Source: Azolla caroliniana
Lineage: Eukaryota; Plantae; Polypodiophyta
Direction: 5' to 3'
DNA length: 64,000 bases
Assembly: GCA_043228905.1 (NCBI GenBank)
Contig: JBHGNT010000020.1
Location: 10,974,001 to 11,038,000, forward strand
Part shown: piece by piece, positions 62,601 through 64,000 of the stretch
How positions within the stretch are numbered: position 1 is the first letter of the stretch
Layout of the letters: each line of letters starts with the position of its first letter
Notes under the pieces: model-generated
Seen by the model: the letters and a program-made list of their open reading frames with translations, nothing else
Told to the model about the DNA's origin: nothing
Database searches by the model: none
Program-made: the position numbers and the translations under genes

Positions 62601-64000
62601 GAGATGGAAGCAAGGTTGGACAGCAAAGTCCAACATCAACAGAATGTTCTGGACCATCAAAAAGCTCAGATGGTAAATCTGATTCAAATTCATGGAGTGG
62701 AAAAACTGGACAGAAAAAATCCGATGACAAAAAAGGAAAACAGAAAATGCCAGAGTATGAAATCCCGGATGACCTATCAAAAAACATGGAAGATGAAGAT
62801 TCAGATATGTCTTTGGATGATTTCCTTGGAATACAGGAAATGAAAATCCCTGGTATGGAAAAGGCAATAAAGAATGCAAATCAGAAACTGAGAAGATCAG
62901 ATAGAGAGAAAAAGACTGTGGAAAGATTTGGGTATGATACATACATGGCTATGCATTATGCATACATGTCTAAGGTGGTACAGATCCCTGACCCAAACAG
63001 CTTCGAAGAAGCAAAATCTGAGAAGAAATGGATGGATGCAATGCAAGAAGAGATTGATGCATTGGCTGAGAACAAAACGTGGGATTTAGTGAAGTTACCA
63101 AAAGAGAAAAATGTGGTAGGCTGCAAATGGGTCTACAAGACAAAGCATGACTCCAATGGGAATGTAAGTAGACATAAAGCAAGATTGGTTGCAAAAGGAT
63201 ATGCTCAGATGCAAGGGATTGATTATGATGAGACTTTTGCACCGGTTGCAAAGATGGCAACCTTGAGAACACTACTTGCTGTAGGAGCAGCCAGAAAATG
63301 GATTTTGCATCACATGGATGTAAAAAATGCTTTTTTACATGGTAACTTGGAAGAAGAAGTGTATATGAGTCAACCACCAGGTTTTGAAGATAAGAAACAA
63401 CCTGATTATGTATGTAAGCTGAAAAAAGCTCTCTATGGACTGAAACAAGCACCAAGAGCATGGCACAGAGAACTTTCAGATTCTCTGAAAAATCTTGGTT
63501 TCAAAATGTCAAAAGCTGATCCTTCTTTGTATGTAAAAAGTGAAAATGATTGCATTGTTATTATTCTGATTTATGTAGATGATTTGATTATTGGAGGAGA
63601 TTCCGTGGATGAAATAAGAAAGTTGAAAAAAAATCTGGAAATGCAGTTTCATATGAAAGATTTGGGAGATCTGAGATATTTTCTTGGTATTGAAATCATC
63701 AGATCTGAAAGTGGTATATGTATGTTGCAAAAACAGTATGCAACAACTATGTTGAAAAAGTATGGTATGCTTGGATGCAAACCTATTGTTGTACCACTTG
63801 ATAAAAACTGCAAGTTGAGGGCTGATTTGGGAGCCAAAATAGAAGATGTAAACATGTACAGGTCTATGGTGGGCAGCCTTATTTATTTGACCATAACAAG
63901 ACCTGATTTGAGTTATGCAGTTGGATTAGTCAGCCAATTTATGCAACAACCAACAAAGCCGCATTTGGACTGCATTAGAAGAATTCTGAGGTATGTAAAA
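59620..64000 (+). mobile_element. Ty1/copia element G (5' part; runs off the window)
   Basis: LTR 59620-60087 TGTTGAG..TTAACA; PBS TGGTATCAGAGC 60088-60099; polyprotein follows. Confidence 0.95.
60227..64000 (+). CDS. copia G gag-pol polyprotein; one in-frame TGA at 62267-62269, otherwise apparently open to the window end
   Basis: gag, CWYCGKPGHTQAEC, WYVDSGASNHM, integrase core; after the stop VHEATPEE..CIFVGYS..HMDVKNAFL..YVDD. Confidence 0.88.

Overview
Eukaryotic nuclear DNA from a land plant (a fern or other non-seed plant is my inference from the retroelement types; not provable here). Positions 1-32 kb and 57-64 kb are a nest of retroelements. There are five Ty1/copia elements: A 1955-11435, with B 4627-10164 nested in its gag; old D split by very young C 12487-18026; and G from 59620 running off the window. 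A LINE has its ORF1 interrupted at one ACGT site by two Ty3/gypsy insertions, the gag-only element E (25891-29539) and solo LTR F (29544-30714). A related gypsy remnant H has an LTR collapsed to 43 bp (58744-59619). The gene island at 33-54 kb holds a 6-exon putatively plastid-targeted DUF4864-like gene, a 7-exon PTI1-like kinase, a NYN/C2H2 gene whose start codon lies in the last unit of a tandem array, and an ankyrin + tandem CCCH zinc-finger gene with an unusual 16-aa repeat block. A short plastid psbD fragment is also present. The best candidate for something undescribed is the E/F/H gypsy group: tRNA-Trp priming, 4-bp CG-centred targets reused in tandem, and an antisense tRNA-like A/B-box module at a conserved position in the LTRs. 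Coordinates were read by eye and no database searches were possible.
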